DNA from: Lophium mytilinum
Lineage: Eukaryota
DNA: 64,000 nucleotides
Assembly (NCBI GenBank): GCA_010093605.1
Contig: MU004183.1
Coordinates: 434,001 to 498,000, forward strand
Direction of reading: 5' to 3'
The notes under the pieces were generated by a model that was not told the DNA's origin, made no database searches, and saw nothing but the letters and a program-made list of their open reading frames with translations. This document shows, one piece after another, positions 1 to 13,500 of the stretch. Position numbers and translations under genes: made by a program. Position 1 is the stretch's first letter. Each line of letters starts with the position of its first letter.

Positions 1-135
1 CCTTTCCAGTGCCTTCCATTCGTCGCTCTGATACATTACTTCTCCACTCTAACTTTGGGTTGTGCTGAAACCTATATTGTATACTTCTTTCAACATTTCA
101 TCCTTCATCAAACCACAGAATCTATCTCCGCAAAG

Positions 136-3100
136 ATGGACGCCCATTCAAGCCCGTCTAAGCGACAAGAGCTGTGTCACACTCTGCTCATAGAACTCCT
201 TGCGTTTGTCTATCGTTCCGACTTCCTGCAATGTCTACTAATACGTTAGCCTGTAGACATCAGTTCTGCTCACCTGTGCGATGGACCGAGACGCAGGACC
301 TGCTTCTGCACGACTTCAAGACCAAGAAGACCGTCGAAATCGGGCCGTCGGACACCCTTACAACGATGATGAAGAGAACTCATGATCTTACGTACCGACC
401 TTTCGATACCGCCAATTCTGTGTCCCGGAATTTTCTATCGCTCAAACGTAACAAGAAGGACGTCTGTTTTCAAAGGGAGAGAACGGCGAGTCCGGCGAAG
501 AAGGCGAAAGTGACCAGCACAAAGGCTGTAGTGTCACATCCTACCGTGGACCAGCCCACACCACCTATACCATCAACAGCGCCTGTAGCAGTGGCCGTTG
601 GTCCCATTGAAGATGCTCCGGTGTCTGCTGTAGATATCATCATAACGATCGTTGCGGTGGCCTTAAAGAAGAGCCCGAAAGATCTTGCTCTTGACAGCTC
701 TGTTAAGGTTCTTTCTGGAGGTAAGAGCTTGTACTGAGCGCCTACAATGACTTATTATAGAAATCCGTACACCTGTTTACCACTGCTTGGGGAGCTTCAC
801 GGTATTTTCAACGCTTCGAATACAAGAAAATACAGCAGATACACCTCCAATCTGTGTACACCATTTTGGCACTGTTTGGGGTACCCTCACAGGTTTACCA
901 GCAGTCCAGGATGCTATTTAATTTCCCTTAATTGGAGCGCTGAAAACATCATGAGGCTCTTCAAGCAGTGGTAAATAAGTTTACAGATATCTATAGCAAG
1001 GCACTGTACAAACTGTTTAACTAACTTCAAACAGGACGGTCTACCCTGCAAAATGAAATTACAGGCGACCTAGACACTGAGTTCGGGTCCGCACCTGATG
1101 GCGCAGAAGATGTTCCTCTAAAGGAGCTCGCCGCCATACTTCAGAAGTCTTTTACCGGGCAGCTAGGACGGCGTACGAAGTCCATGATTGACAAACTTTT
1201 CACCTCTAAGATGCCGGGTGGATTCAACTTAACCAAAGTGCGAAGCATGCTTGAACAAGACTACGGGTTTGGCGCAGGAAGACAGGACTCTATTCTCCTT
1301 TCCTCCCTTCAGGCTCCACCAGCAGTCCGATTTGACTCGGAAGATAAAGCCAGAGAATACTGGTCCAACACTGTTCAACTCTACATATCTGCTGCCGGTA
1401 TTCAAGTTCAAAAGACAACTACATCTTCCGGTGTGACTGGCGCTGCTATCAGCATCGATCCTAAGGCGCTGGAGGCACTGACAAAACGCAATGATAACTT
1501 CAATCGAGATATCTACGAAGCCTATGCTAGACATGTGGGCGATCAATCTGCGTCTAGTTCTGACGAGCTTGCGAAAATCCGGAACGACTTGAAAGACCTC
1601 CAAAGCGAACTTGATCTATGGAATCTGGAGCACGGCAATGAGTATGCGACTGGTATCAAGCCACTATTTGACCGTCGCAAGGCTCGCCAATACGACTCGT
1701 ACTGGAACTGGGCAGTGCAGGACCTCTTCCAAATCTACCACGGCATCCGTCAAGGCAGCCTCCATATTAACGATGAAGACCTGATCCCCCGCCGACAAGC
1801 TTTGCTCAATAAGTCATGCGCGCGTTTGATCTTCGCTCTCAATCATATGTTGGCTGAGATAAAGGCTGAAAAGTCACAGCCAATAGAAGTATCCAATTGG
1901 CTCGCGGAACTTCTCGTGGATTGCAAAAAGGCTCTCCACCGATCACCAGCTTTTGTTGCCTCCGCGAAGCTCACGAAACCGAGAACTACCATCGATGCCG
2001 ACGGAGTGATACAGTTCATCGAGGAGCCAGTTACGCATGTGCAAGCATTCGAGGAGCAAACCTTGAAAGCAGCCGTAGTCGCCAAAGACCCGAATGGAGT
2101 GGCCACCCATATCAGCATCAACATAAGCACCCAAAACCTGGATATGCCAGCATCAGATACCTCATCGGTTACTGAAGTACCCACTCCTGGCCTTCCCTGC
2201 AACTCCCTCCCGCAAATACAGAAGAAGGTTGGAGGGGCATGGAGGGACTCCGTGTCTTTAACAGATGAGTACGCCAATGGTCTTGGCCAGTCAACATCAA
2301 AGGGATTGGAATTCTCTGGCAAAAACATTCTCATTACGGGCGCCGGAAAGGACTCTATTGGTTCTAAAATCTTGCAAGGCCTTCTCTCTGGAGGTGCCAG
2401 AGTTGTAGTCACCACGAGCTCATACTCGAGAAAGACCACGACGTATTACCAAGACGTGTTCTCGAAATTTGGATCCAAAGGTTCTAGCCTGCTGGTCGTG
2501 CCGTTCAATCAAGGCAGCTTGCAGGACACGGAAGCTCTTATCGAATACATCTATAGTATCAACGACTCCGAATGGGATCTAGACCATGTTGTTCCGTTCG
2601 CAGCTATCTCGGAGATCTCTAACGGCGTTGAGCTTGGTTCGAAATCAGAATTGGCTCATAGAATGATGCTCACAAACACTTTGAGGCTACTCGGAGCGAT
2701 CAAGAAGGCTAAGGAGGCTCGCCGGATTGATACTAGACCTGCGCAAGTTATTCTTCCACTGTCGCCTAACCACGGCGTATTCGGAGGTGACGGGCTCTAC
2801 TCGGAATCGAAGCTTGGTCTCGAAGGCCTGCTGAACAAATGGCACACGGAAGATTGGTCTGACTATCTGTCTATTTGCGGTGCCATCATTGGGTGGACTC
2901 GTGGCACCAAACTCATGAACGACAACGACATCGTAGCGGAAGGTGTTGAAGGCCTAGGCGTAAAGACCTTCTCACAGGCCGAGATGGCTTTGTATATTCT
3001 GGGTTTGATGACTTCGCCGCTTCTCCACATTTGCCAGACTGAGCCGCTACTTGCGGATTTTAGCGGAGGCATGACCTCGTTTTCGAACCTCAAGGAAGAA

Positions 3101-5458
3101 GTCGCCATCATCCGCTCCGAAATCAAAGACATCAGCGCCAGCCGACGTAATATGGCCCGTGAACTCCAGGCTGAACATGGTGTCTCAACTTCGACAACCG
3201 GCCAATTTCCTGCTTTCACGCAGCGAGCTAACATCAAGTTCGACTTTCCCAAGCTTCCTGACTTCTCTTCAGAGGTTGAACAGCTCTCACAACTCGAAGG
3301 CATGATCGACCTCGACAAGGTCGTCGTCGTATGCGGCTACGGGGAAGTTGGGCCGCATGGCAGCTCCCGCACTCGATGGCAAATGGAAGCTCACGGGGAG
3401 CTTTCTCTGGAAGGACACATCGAAATGGCCTGGATGATGGGGCTAATCGAGTATCAAAGCGCCGAGGGCATACCGTATCGCGGATGGGTCGAGAAAGAAA
3501 GTCACCAGCCGATCACGGACCTTGATATTAAGAAGAAGTACGAGCGGCACATTCTGGAGCACAGCGGAATTCGATTTTTTGATGCTCGCTCGCTGGATGG
3601 CCCGGACCCGTCCGCTCGTCAGGTCCTTCACGAAATCGACCTGCAGGCAGATTTTGCGCCTTTCGAAGTTTCCAAGGACACAGCTAAAGACCTTATCAGA
3701 GAACACGGCGACAAGGTCACAATTACCGATGTTGAGGATCACTGCGTTGCAATTTTGAAGAAGGGCGCCCGTCTCATGGTTCCTAAGGCTTTAGTCTTCG
3801 ACCGCACCGTTGGAGGTCAGGTCCCGACAGGCTGGTCCGCCAGAACCTACGGTATTGCTGAGGATATCATCAACCAAGTTGATCCTGCAACACTGTATGC
3901 TTTGGTGTGCACCGCTGAGGCATTATTGTCTGCTGGCATTACCGACGCGTACGAATTCTACAAGTATATCCACGTTTCCCAGCTCGGTGTTGCCGTTGGA
4001 TCTGGTTATGGCGGAGCCGCATCGTTACAAGGTATCTACAAGGAGCGATTTCTTGATAGGCCGATTCAAAATGACGTGCTAGCTGAATCTTTCATCAATA
4101 CGGGTTCAGCTTGGATCAATATGCTTCTGCTCTCCTCTTCAGGGCCCAACATCACGCCTGTTGGCGCTTGTGCTACCGCATTGGAGTCGCTTGATGTGGG
4201 TTTCGAGCTCATTTCCAGCGGAAAAGCGAAAGCTGTGCTCGTTGGGGGCTACGACTACTTAGCCAAGGATGTTGCCTACGAGTTCGCCAACATGAAGGCA
4301 ACCATTAGTAGCGATGTTGACACAGCTCGCGGTAGAGATCCGCAGGAAATGTCTCGACCTGCTACTTCAACACGGGGCGGTTTCGTCGAGTCTGAAGGTT
4401 GCGGCATCCAGGTACTCACCACCGCAAAGCTCGCTCTCGAAATGGGTCTACCAATCCACGGTATAATGGCGATGACTCGGACTGCTAGCGACAAGGCCGG
4501 TAGATCACTGCCAGCCCCTGGCCACGGCATCATGACCGCTAGTGGTCAGTCCAAAGGTAGCGCCTTCGACTCACCCCTAATGAGCATTGCCTATCGCAAA
4601 CGCCATATCAACCTCCGCATGAACCAGATCAAAGCCACAGAAGACTCCGAACTCGCCTTCCTCGAAGAAGAGCTTGCCTCTTACAAGCCCAGCCAATCTG
4701 ATTTCGACTTGGACGAGTTCCGAAAGCATCGCATCGCCGCCATCCTCTCCGAGAGCCAAAGCCAGCGACAAGAAACCATGAATACCTACGGCAACAACTT
4801 TTGGAAACGCGACAGTCGTATCTCGCCAATGCGAGGCGCGCTCGCTACTTGGGGATTAACAATCGACGATCTTTCGGTAGCATCCTTCCATGGCACGTCG
4901 ACTGTGATGAACGAGCTCAACGAATGCACTGTCATCCAAGAGCAGATGACCCAGCTCGGTCGCACGCGCGGCAATCCTGTCCAAGCAGTCTTTCAGAAGC
5001 ATCTTACAGGGCACCCTAAGGGCGCTGCCGCGGCATGGATGCTGAATGGATGTCTACAAATCATGGACACAGGTCTCGTACCGGGCAACCGGAATGCAGA
5101 TAACATCGACGCAGAGCTTGAGAAGTTTGACCATATCGCTTTCCCAAGCGAAACGCTAAAGACGTCTACGGGAGTGAAGGCTTTCATCGTCAGCTCATTT
5201 GGGTTTGGGCAGAAGGGCGCGCAGACGATTGGGATTCATCCGAAATATCTATTTGCGGCGGCAGGGAAGGAGCAGTATGAGAGCTATCGTCTGAAGCTAG
5301 CTAAGAGGCAGAAGAAGGCGTATCAGCATTTCCAGAAGTCGATGATGGAGAATAGCTTGTTTAAGGCGAAGGATTTGCCGCCGTATGCGGCGGAGAAGGA
5401 GACGGAGTTTTTGACAAATTTGGACGCGAGGTTGCCTATGGATATGGAACTTGAGTAG
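136..5458 (+). CDS. Fatty acid synthase alpha subunit, secondary-metabolism type (ACP-KR-KS, no C-terminal PPTase)
   Basis: ATG at 136. Introns 204-256 and 721-1034 (GT..CTAAY..AG) restore FAS-alpha motifs ELCHTLLIELLA|HQFCSPVRWTETQD and the ACP serine motif GG|RSTLQNE. KR motifs ITGAGKDSIG and YSESKLG; KS motifs PVGACAT, SFHGTST, LTGHPKGAA, SFGFGQKG. Confidence 0.95.
745..1006. mobile_element. TA-flanked MITE (Tc1/mariner-like) in FAS intron 2
   Basis: 57-nt inverted arms at 745-801 and 950-1006 (37/46 identical over the inner part). Ends are TA|CAATG and CACTG|TA. A third, internal copy of the arm core lies at ~851-890. Removing the element plus one TA leaves a normal 50-nt intron. Confidence 0.8.
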
Positions 5459-6984
5459 GAGAAGATCGTTTGTATCTGTCTTGTCTGTATTTTATTTTAT
5501 GTTGAAAGAGTTGTCTTCCCTTTAAATCTTTCTACATGATGCGGAGCTGGGTTGAGGAGCGTGTGATCATCCCGCTCTGCTCTATAATAATATTATTCGG
5601 AATGACTATATTACTGGTTTCACTTGAAGCGACGTGCGCTATCTAACACGCTTTTCGAGCCTGATTTTGGTCCAATCGAGGACGGTCTAGCATCGTAGAC
5701 TGAGAAGGCCATTGAGGCTAGTTACCCACCCAAAGGGGCTGCAAGAGTTCGTGGATTGAGTACGCTTGGACACTTCTACTTAGCATTGGTGAATTCTTCT
5801 TGGCATCTTGAGCACCACATCACGTGCATCTCACGTACATTTCCTATACCGAGCCCTCCCATCTCCTTCCTCCGTACTATTCCGCCGTTGTCGGAATTGA
5901 AAGCCCGAACTGCTGCTAAAGATAGACCCATCCAGGCTCACGGTGCGGCGCAGTCCATTGTACCTCCATTTGCAGAAATACAACTGCGCAACCAATCACA
6001 CCTCTCCACGTTCTAGCGCGAGACATACCGGGGGCCTAATTACGCGTTTATCATGGATAGACGCGTATCGCTACACAGCTATACGCCGCGTTACTTCTCC
6101 AGGGTACCGCTGATAGTGAATTTCAGCAGGCGGCGTCGGGCCTGTAAACCGTTTCACAACGCAACAACGCACGCGACCCTCAATCTGAGACCTCGACGTA
6201 CCAGATTGGTAATCTTGGAACAACATGTGCCCTCCAGCGCGAGCTTTCCACCTCTCATCGTGCAAGCCAGCAAGAGCCAAGAGCGGTTCTGTTCCACACC
6301 AGCTAACTATTCTAATCAACGAAATTCGCTTTAAAATCTCACGTCTCAGCCATTCCAGCCCGCGCTTCGCACGCCCTGGGTATGCTTATCGGCTGCGGTG
6401 CACGCCTGGGACGCCTTAAAATACTCCGCTCTCTGACATTGCACTAGCCTTGTGCGATCGGCGCAGGGTAAGCAGCCCACGCGGTGAGGATTAAGCGTCT
6501 GATGGGCATGGGGGGCCTGGTTGAGCGTATGCAGAGCTAGGCAGGGGGGATCCACTGTGCGAGACCCTGTGTATTTTATGTTTCGTGCATGGTGGCTGCG
6601 TCGTGGCGGGGTAAGGCGTCCAGGGCTGAAGGGCCGGGGTTTATGCGAAGTGGTTGGGGGGCGGGAGGGTGGTTTGGGGTTATGGGGGTTTAGATGTAGG
6701 GTGTGCGGTGAGGGGAGCTAGCGAAGTAGTGCGGACAGTAGAGAGAGATGCGTTGAGTATTGGGGATGAGCGGAGGGTTTGAAGCATGGAAGTGGTTCAA
6801 GTTTGCGCATCGTGCATGAAGGAAATGGATTCATTGTCTTGCTAAGGTCGATGTATCACTGTTTTGGGCACTTTGAGGTATAAATATGATGTTGGACGAT
6901 AATTTATATATCTCTATTCTTGTAAAGTTCTTCGCCAGCGGCCGTAAGTTCTACTTCCCTGCCTCTTCGAGCGAGGCAGGGAAG

Positions 6985-7089
6985 TCAAAGGAGAGCTGCT
7001 TCGACGCCCTTGTGGAAGAGGTGGATGCTGCCCTTCTTCTCCAGCGCCGCGATGTCGAAGTTGTTGAGCACGCTCCAGAACTTGTTGAA
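6985..7089 (-). pseudogene. Fragment resembling a fungal eIF4E-family cap-binding protein
   Basis: Minus strand reads FNKFWSVLNNFDIAALEKKGSIHLFHKGVEAALL*, resembling the eIF4E FWSVxNN...HLFxKGVxPxWED segment, but it stops before PxWED. It is preceded by an intron-like CTGAC..CAG acceptor. Confidence 0.5.
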
Positions 7090-7509
7090 GGCTGGAGGGA
7101 AAGGATGCTAGTCAGTGTGCGTACAGATGTTCACCACGTCCTGAGGTGGCCCAGCAAGGTGTTAGGAGGCAATGTTAGAATGGCCTCCGGACTTCTGAAG
7201 AAGACATCACTGAGCAAATTAGTTGAAACTTACTCACGGCATGTGACATGGGAAAGTACAGAGTAGTAACGGTCAACATGATAGTATCTAACAAAAAGGG
7301 TACTCCATGTTAAGAAATCCATAAACGCCTGAAAGCCTGATCGATCATCATTTTCCCAATATATTTGCCGTGTCTAGCTGTAACATGCTTTCCGTAGATT
7401 CGTTTTACCCTCCCTTGAAAGACCCCATATACCGTTCGCTGTATGCCAGATAGAACATGAAATTCGTGGGCTATTCCGTTGCCAACTAAAAGAGTGACCC
7501 AGCCACTCT

Positions 7510-8695
7510 TCAAGCACGCTGGTGCTGCGCTCTCCAGCTTTCTCTAAACTGCTCGCCTTCAGACAACGCAATTTCTGACCCCAACTGGACATCTGATCCA
7601 TTGTTAGAGTGCATTGGCTTCATTCCCTTTGTGACAAGGCGGTCTCCCTTGCCAGCTGGGACCCATAGCTGACGGAAAACGCGCCCCGGGTGGAACCAGG
7701 TGATCAAAGCCACGGCGATTATGATCATGGGGCCTTCGAAGATCATGAAAGAGACTTCGCTGTTAGCGATTGCACTGTCAAAGCCGCCTGCAAGCTCGGC
7801 AACACGATAGATGCATCGAATGAAGATCAAGACAGTGGCAATGACGAGACCTGGAAGGAGACTGTTAGCTGACGGGATGGAAATTGCGTCGAGGGGGTTA
7901 CTTACTCAATTGGAATCCAGTAAAGATGCGAGAGTTGCGGAGAGTGTTGTAGAGAGGGGGCTGGCTGCGTCCAAGTGACCCCATAGCCTTTGCCTTCCGC
8001 ACTCGGATGGTAAAATCGAGCCAGAGAGCCATAAACAGAACCATAGAGATGACCTGGGACACGAGACCCGCAATCATGACGTTGGTCCCCTGCTGAGAGC
8101 CGGCATGGTCTTTAGCGGTCGAGGCGAGAGCACCTCCAACTGCTTGCAAGACCAGTGCAAAAAGATCGCAGCCAATGAATATTTTGGCGTATGTTCGGGG
8201 CTGGAGACGGGAGTTCTCTGGCCCGACGACGGTAATGATTCGTCCGAGGCAGAGATAGATGCATCCACTGAAGAAAGCGGGACCGATGGTGAGGCAGATG
8301 AGATAGCTATGGCACAATTAGAAATGAAGTTAAGATTGTGGTGATTTCTCCCACTATGTCACAGCTTACACTAAGAAATTGTTCATAATGAACGGATTGT
8401 TGTGGAGCATAATACGGCCAATATATCCGATGATCTCTAGCAGTAGACCCATAATCATCGACCCAAGAAATGTCCATGTCTTGTGCTTGATGCCGAAGAA
8501 CATCTGAATCCCCAGAAGCACAAAGAAGCAGGCCAAGTAAACGACGTTGCCTCCAAGATTGGGAAGGTAGGAGATGGTTGCCCACGAAATCGGACATTCT
8601 CCCAACTTGCAGTACTTCCGCTGCATGGCAATAAGGGTACTATTGGTAGTGGTGAGGTTGAGGTGGTTCGGGTCGACGCCATTTCTGTCGAGCAT
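7510..8695 (-). CDS. RTA1-like (lipid-translocating exporter family) membrane protein
   Basis: Three exons (ORFs 8366-8695, 7898-8317, 7510-7830) with RTA1 hallmarks LEIIGYIGR, IGPAFFSGCIYLCLGRI, FIGCDLFALVLQAVGG, IRCIYRVAELAGG and FMIFEG. Confidence 0.9.
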
Positions 8696-10511
8696 GATGA
8701 AGGTTGATGTCGAAGAGGCAAATTGAAGAAGAAGAAATAGATAAAGAAATAGATCCTAATTCGAATACTTCGGCTTCCGAGATGTGATGAAAGAGGAACG
8801 AGAGTTATTGAGAGTGAATGAAAATATGGAAACACAAAGACGCAATAAGCACACTTGATATATCTAAGACAGAATGCGGCGGGGTGGCCCTCTTTATGGA
8901 AAGGTCGCAAGCAGATTGGCGTCGCTGGGATGGAGAAGGCGTGCCGCACGGGGCTGTAGGATCCAAACTGGGAGCGGCGCAGCATGCAACCGCCAACCAA
9001 GGCGCCGAGAGAGCAGAAGTGGAGTTTCAGGAACACTGTGCTGCCGCGCTTACCACTCAAGGCGGTGGATTGGGAAGCACTATTCTCGTGGGCGGTGCAT
9101 CTAAACAGGCCCCTGCAAGAGCAAAGCATAGAAGACATTTTAGTGCTAACCCAGTACCGAGTAATAGCTACTTTGAGAACTTTCTAGGGTACCAGACGCC
9201 GTCTTCCAAGGTTTCAATCGAGGTGTTTGAAAGTTAGTTCTACCACATACTCTAACCAGACTTCTGGTCATCCTTCGACGGATTCCGGGCAGCAAGCGAA
9301 AGAGCTGATTTACCTCCTCATCTCATCCAATTGTGCGGTGGGCATAGTTGACCTCGAATGCCGTTTTCAAGCCGAGACATAACAAGGAGTTGTAGGATAA
9401 GGGCGGTGCGGCTGGCTCGAGCACGTCCGCTGCCAAGTGCCGTAGTGCAGATCCTTGGACTATCCCAGATGGGAATAGACTCGCGTAATTCTGAGACGGA
9501 AATCAAAAGTAATTAACATGGTTACAAACTCTGTGTGGCCGAAGCTTACCGCCTCTTCTCCCACAGCCCTCCCGCCCCTCGTCAGCACTATCACCCAGCA
9601 CCTACCGTTAGAGCTATCACCACCACTAACAAGTAATTGCCAGGTTACATCTGACACGCCCATGTTAAGCTTTCCCCGCACTTCCTGTGTCCAGCCGGAT
9701 TCATACTTGAGCAGAGATGCTCGAGTCTCCTTCACGCTGGTTTCAGGATCCACCGCGGCGTACGTGTCATTCCATCTCGAATGAACGTTACTGCATCAGG
9801 ATCAAAGATACACAGAGTTCTGCTTTGCTTCTCCCCTGCACCTGCAGAATATGACACGGGAAGAGCGAGGTTCTGTAGTCGCTCGTTGCTGTAAGATTAA
9901 GAATACGCTTCCAGCAGCCCTCAGCCCCTCACGCTTCCTTGGTTGGCTCCTGCAAGTGTTTTCAGCCTCACAAACAGCGCGTCTCCTTAGCGCAGTAATC
10001 CGTTTTTAGACTCACTCTATCGCCGCAACTTACCTCAGCCTCGATCGGTGTGCCAAAGGGCACCGGCGCGGAAGAGCAACGCTAACCACAGCCACCACCC
10101 GAGAACTCTACGGCCAACAGCCCTACGAAATGGCGCAAGGCTCTATTTCCGACGCATGCTACTGGCCGGTGCTTGTGTAGACCAAGTCTTAATGTCTCAC
10201 GTACCCTTTTTCGAATTCTAATCCTCTTGCTCACTTCACGATTTTCACCTTGCTCACAAGTTTCCTCTCTACAAACTCGGCTTTTGCCCCAATTGCTGTA
10301 TTAACCTAGATACCCTGCTTTTCACCTTTGCGCTTTAGCGCTCTTGATCTCATTCCACGGTTTTAAACTCTTCGAAGCAGCACCAACGACGAACTAAGCA
10401 AAGGTATAGTATTTATAAAGAATCCTTCGTTTGGAAATTTAACCTGCCAGCTCCACAGCTAGCAAAATAATCATTAGCTGTTCCAACTTCAGCACCTCCG
10501 AACTCACCAAA

Positions 10512-13500
10512 ATGGGTAGCGTTTCTGACTCCACGGCCGCTGTTTGGCTCTGGAACGACCAGGTCCCTACACGCATCGAAGAATGCGCCCACGAGCTGAT
10601 CCAGCGTCAAATTGAACTGCGACCTTTGGCAGTTGCTGTGCATGCGCACGATGGATCGCTCACCTACGCTGAACTCGACGAGGCCAGCAATCGCTTAGCG
10701 CATTACTTGGTCAAACTTGGAATTCTGCCGGAAGATGTAGTACCACTCTGCTTTGAGAAGTCTATGTGGGCGATTGTTGGTATCCTCGCAGTCTTGAAAG
10801 CTGGCGCGGCCATGGTTTTCTTGGACCCCTCCCACCCTGAGAGCCGGAGAGAATACATCTTTACCGAAGTGGAAGCAAAAGCTATAGTTTGCTCCCCGCA
10901 ACAGTCGCATCTCTTCGGGTTGAATTGCCCTCCAACTTTTGTACTAAGCAAAGACACCCTACAGACGCTTCCACTCCAAAATATCCCGCCGAAAACCACG
11001 GTCAATCCTGCGAACTTGCTCTACATTATCTTCACTTCGGGCAGCACCGGCACTCCCAAAGGCTGCTTGATCGAACATTCTTCCTTTTGTAGTGGTTCGA
11101 TACGCCATGCTGAAAGAGCGCGCATCCTCCCTTCGAGCCGCGTTATGCAACTGTACGTTTTGCGCCCTTTAACGTTATTCAAACCGTGCTAATCCTCCAA
11201 AAGCGCCTCGTACACTTTCGACGTTAGCATGCTTGAAATTCTCACATCTCTCATCAGCGGTGCCACCATCTGCACCCCTGACATGGCCATGATGGCCAAC
11301 GGCCCAGCCTATATCATTAATGAATACAAGATCACCTGGACATTCATGACCCCTTCTTTAGTGAAGATGATGGCGCCAAGCATGGTCCCAAGCCTGGAAA
11401 CCCTTGCACTAGGAGGAGAGCCTCTGTCAAAGATCGACGTCGAGACTTGGGCCGACCATGTCCAACTCGTGAACGGGTACGGGCCTAGCGAGTGCTCGGT
11501 AGCAGCATCTGGAAACACCGAAATGACAGCATCCTCAGACCCGGCGAATATCGGATATGCGGTCGGAGGCGTATGCTGGATCGTTGACGCAGAAGACCAT
11601 GACATTTTGCTCCCGCCGAACACCGTCGGTGAACTCTTGATCGAGGGTCCAATTCTAGCGAGAGGCTACCTCAAAAGTCAACAGAAAACTGATGAAGTAT
11701 TCGTTGAGTCTCCAGCCTGGGGTCCATTAACGAAATCTGGAGACAGAAGGAGGTTATACAAGACAGGTGATCTTGCCAAATTCCTGGATGACGGATCTAT
11801 CTACTTTATCGGCCGCAAAGACACGCAAGTAAAATTGAGAGGTCTCCGCATTGAATTAGGAGAAATCGAGCATCACATCGGAACAAACACACAGGTCCGG
11901 CATCGCATGGTCATCCTTCCAAAATCCGGCTTGTTCCATAATCGCCTGGTCGCATTGGTGTCCCTTGTGGATTTTCTAGTCGAAAGGTCAGACATCGTCG
12001 AGGCAGAAGTCCACACGGCCCAAGAGATGCACGAAGAGCCTATTCAGCAGCACCTTCAGTCTATTCGAGAGAACCTGAAGGCCAACGTTCCCGAATACAT
12101 GGTTCCGGAGACCTGGATCGTACTAGAGAGGTTTCCAATGTTGATTTCCGGAAAGCTCAATCGCTCCCTTGTTAGCAAGTGGGTCACCGATGCAGATAAC
12201 AACTTGTATCGGGAGGTAGTTGGTATCGACCTCGAAGACGTGCCCATAGTCGAGGAATCGGACAGTACCGAAGAGCAACTCCGTGCCATCTATTCCACCG
12301 TTCTCAATCTCGCCATCGAAAATATAAGCCATCAGAAGTCCTTCCTTAGCCTAGGAGGTGATAGCATCACGGCGATGCAGGTCATGTCGCGATGCAGAGC
12401 TGTAGGGCTTGCCGTCAGCGTGAAGGACATCTTGCGAAGTAAATCCATCACCGAATTGTCGCATTGCGTTAAGACAGCTGGGGAGAACACATATTCAACG
12501 GAAGAAAAGTTCGACCTCGCATTTGATTTGTCTCCAATGCAACGAATGTATTTCGATATTGCACCTGCCGAGATTGATGACTCAAGACAGACACGATTCA
12601 ACCAGAGCTTTTATCTCAAGATAGAGCAGCCAGTATCGGAATCGGATCTTGCTAAGGCGCTCGAGCTTATTGTCGCTCAGCATTCTATGCTTCGCGCCCG
12701 GTTCGTGCGAGATGAGAGTGGGAAATGGATGCAGACCATCCCTTCTCAGATCGCCGGATCGTTCAGCTTTGCGGTGCATAGGCTAGAGTCGGCAAAGGAC
12801 AATTTCTCCATCATGGCTACTACCCAAACGCAATTGAACACTCAGTCAGGACCAGTTTTTGCGGTTGATCTTTTCAATACCACGTCGGAAGGACAGTATC
12901 TCTTCCTCGTGGCCCACCACGTTCTGATCGATTTAGTTTCTTGGCGGGTTATCCTCCGAGATTTGGAAGAGATCCTCACCACGGGCAGCCTCAGTGCAGA
13001 GAAGCCCTTGCCCTTCCAAAATTGGCTTGCCCTTCAATTGGAGCACGAATCCCAGGTGACCGATGTTTCTGATGTGTTACCATTTGACATTCCCGCGCCT
13101 GATTTCGAGTATTGGGGAATGTCACAGCAACCGAACCGCATGTGCGACACCCAGGAGCAGACCTTCACTCTCGATTCTGCTACTACCAAAGAGCTCCTTG
13201 AGGGTGCTTGCCACTCCGCTTTCAATACCGAGCCTATCGATCTGCTCTTAGCTTCACTGGTTCATGCCTTCAAGATGACCTTCACCGATCGTACCGTTCC
13301 TGCTTTGTTCCGTGAAGGCCACGGAAGAGAACCCTGGGACGAAGATATCGACATATCTGGAACGGTCGGATGGTTCACGACTATGTATCCTCTCTACGTT
13401 GATCTGGTCGACAGTTCCGGAATCCTTGACGTTGTGAAGCGTGCCAAGGATGTCCGTTACAGTGTGCCAGGGAATGGACGACCTTATTTCGCATCGCGTT

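Noticed and set aside
8455..9237. Overlapping ORFs of 139-227 aa upstream of RTA1
   Set aside because: No recognisable motifs; they overlap the RTA1 5' region and are probably spurious.
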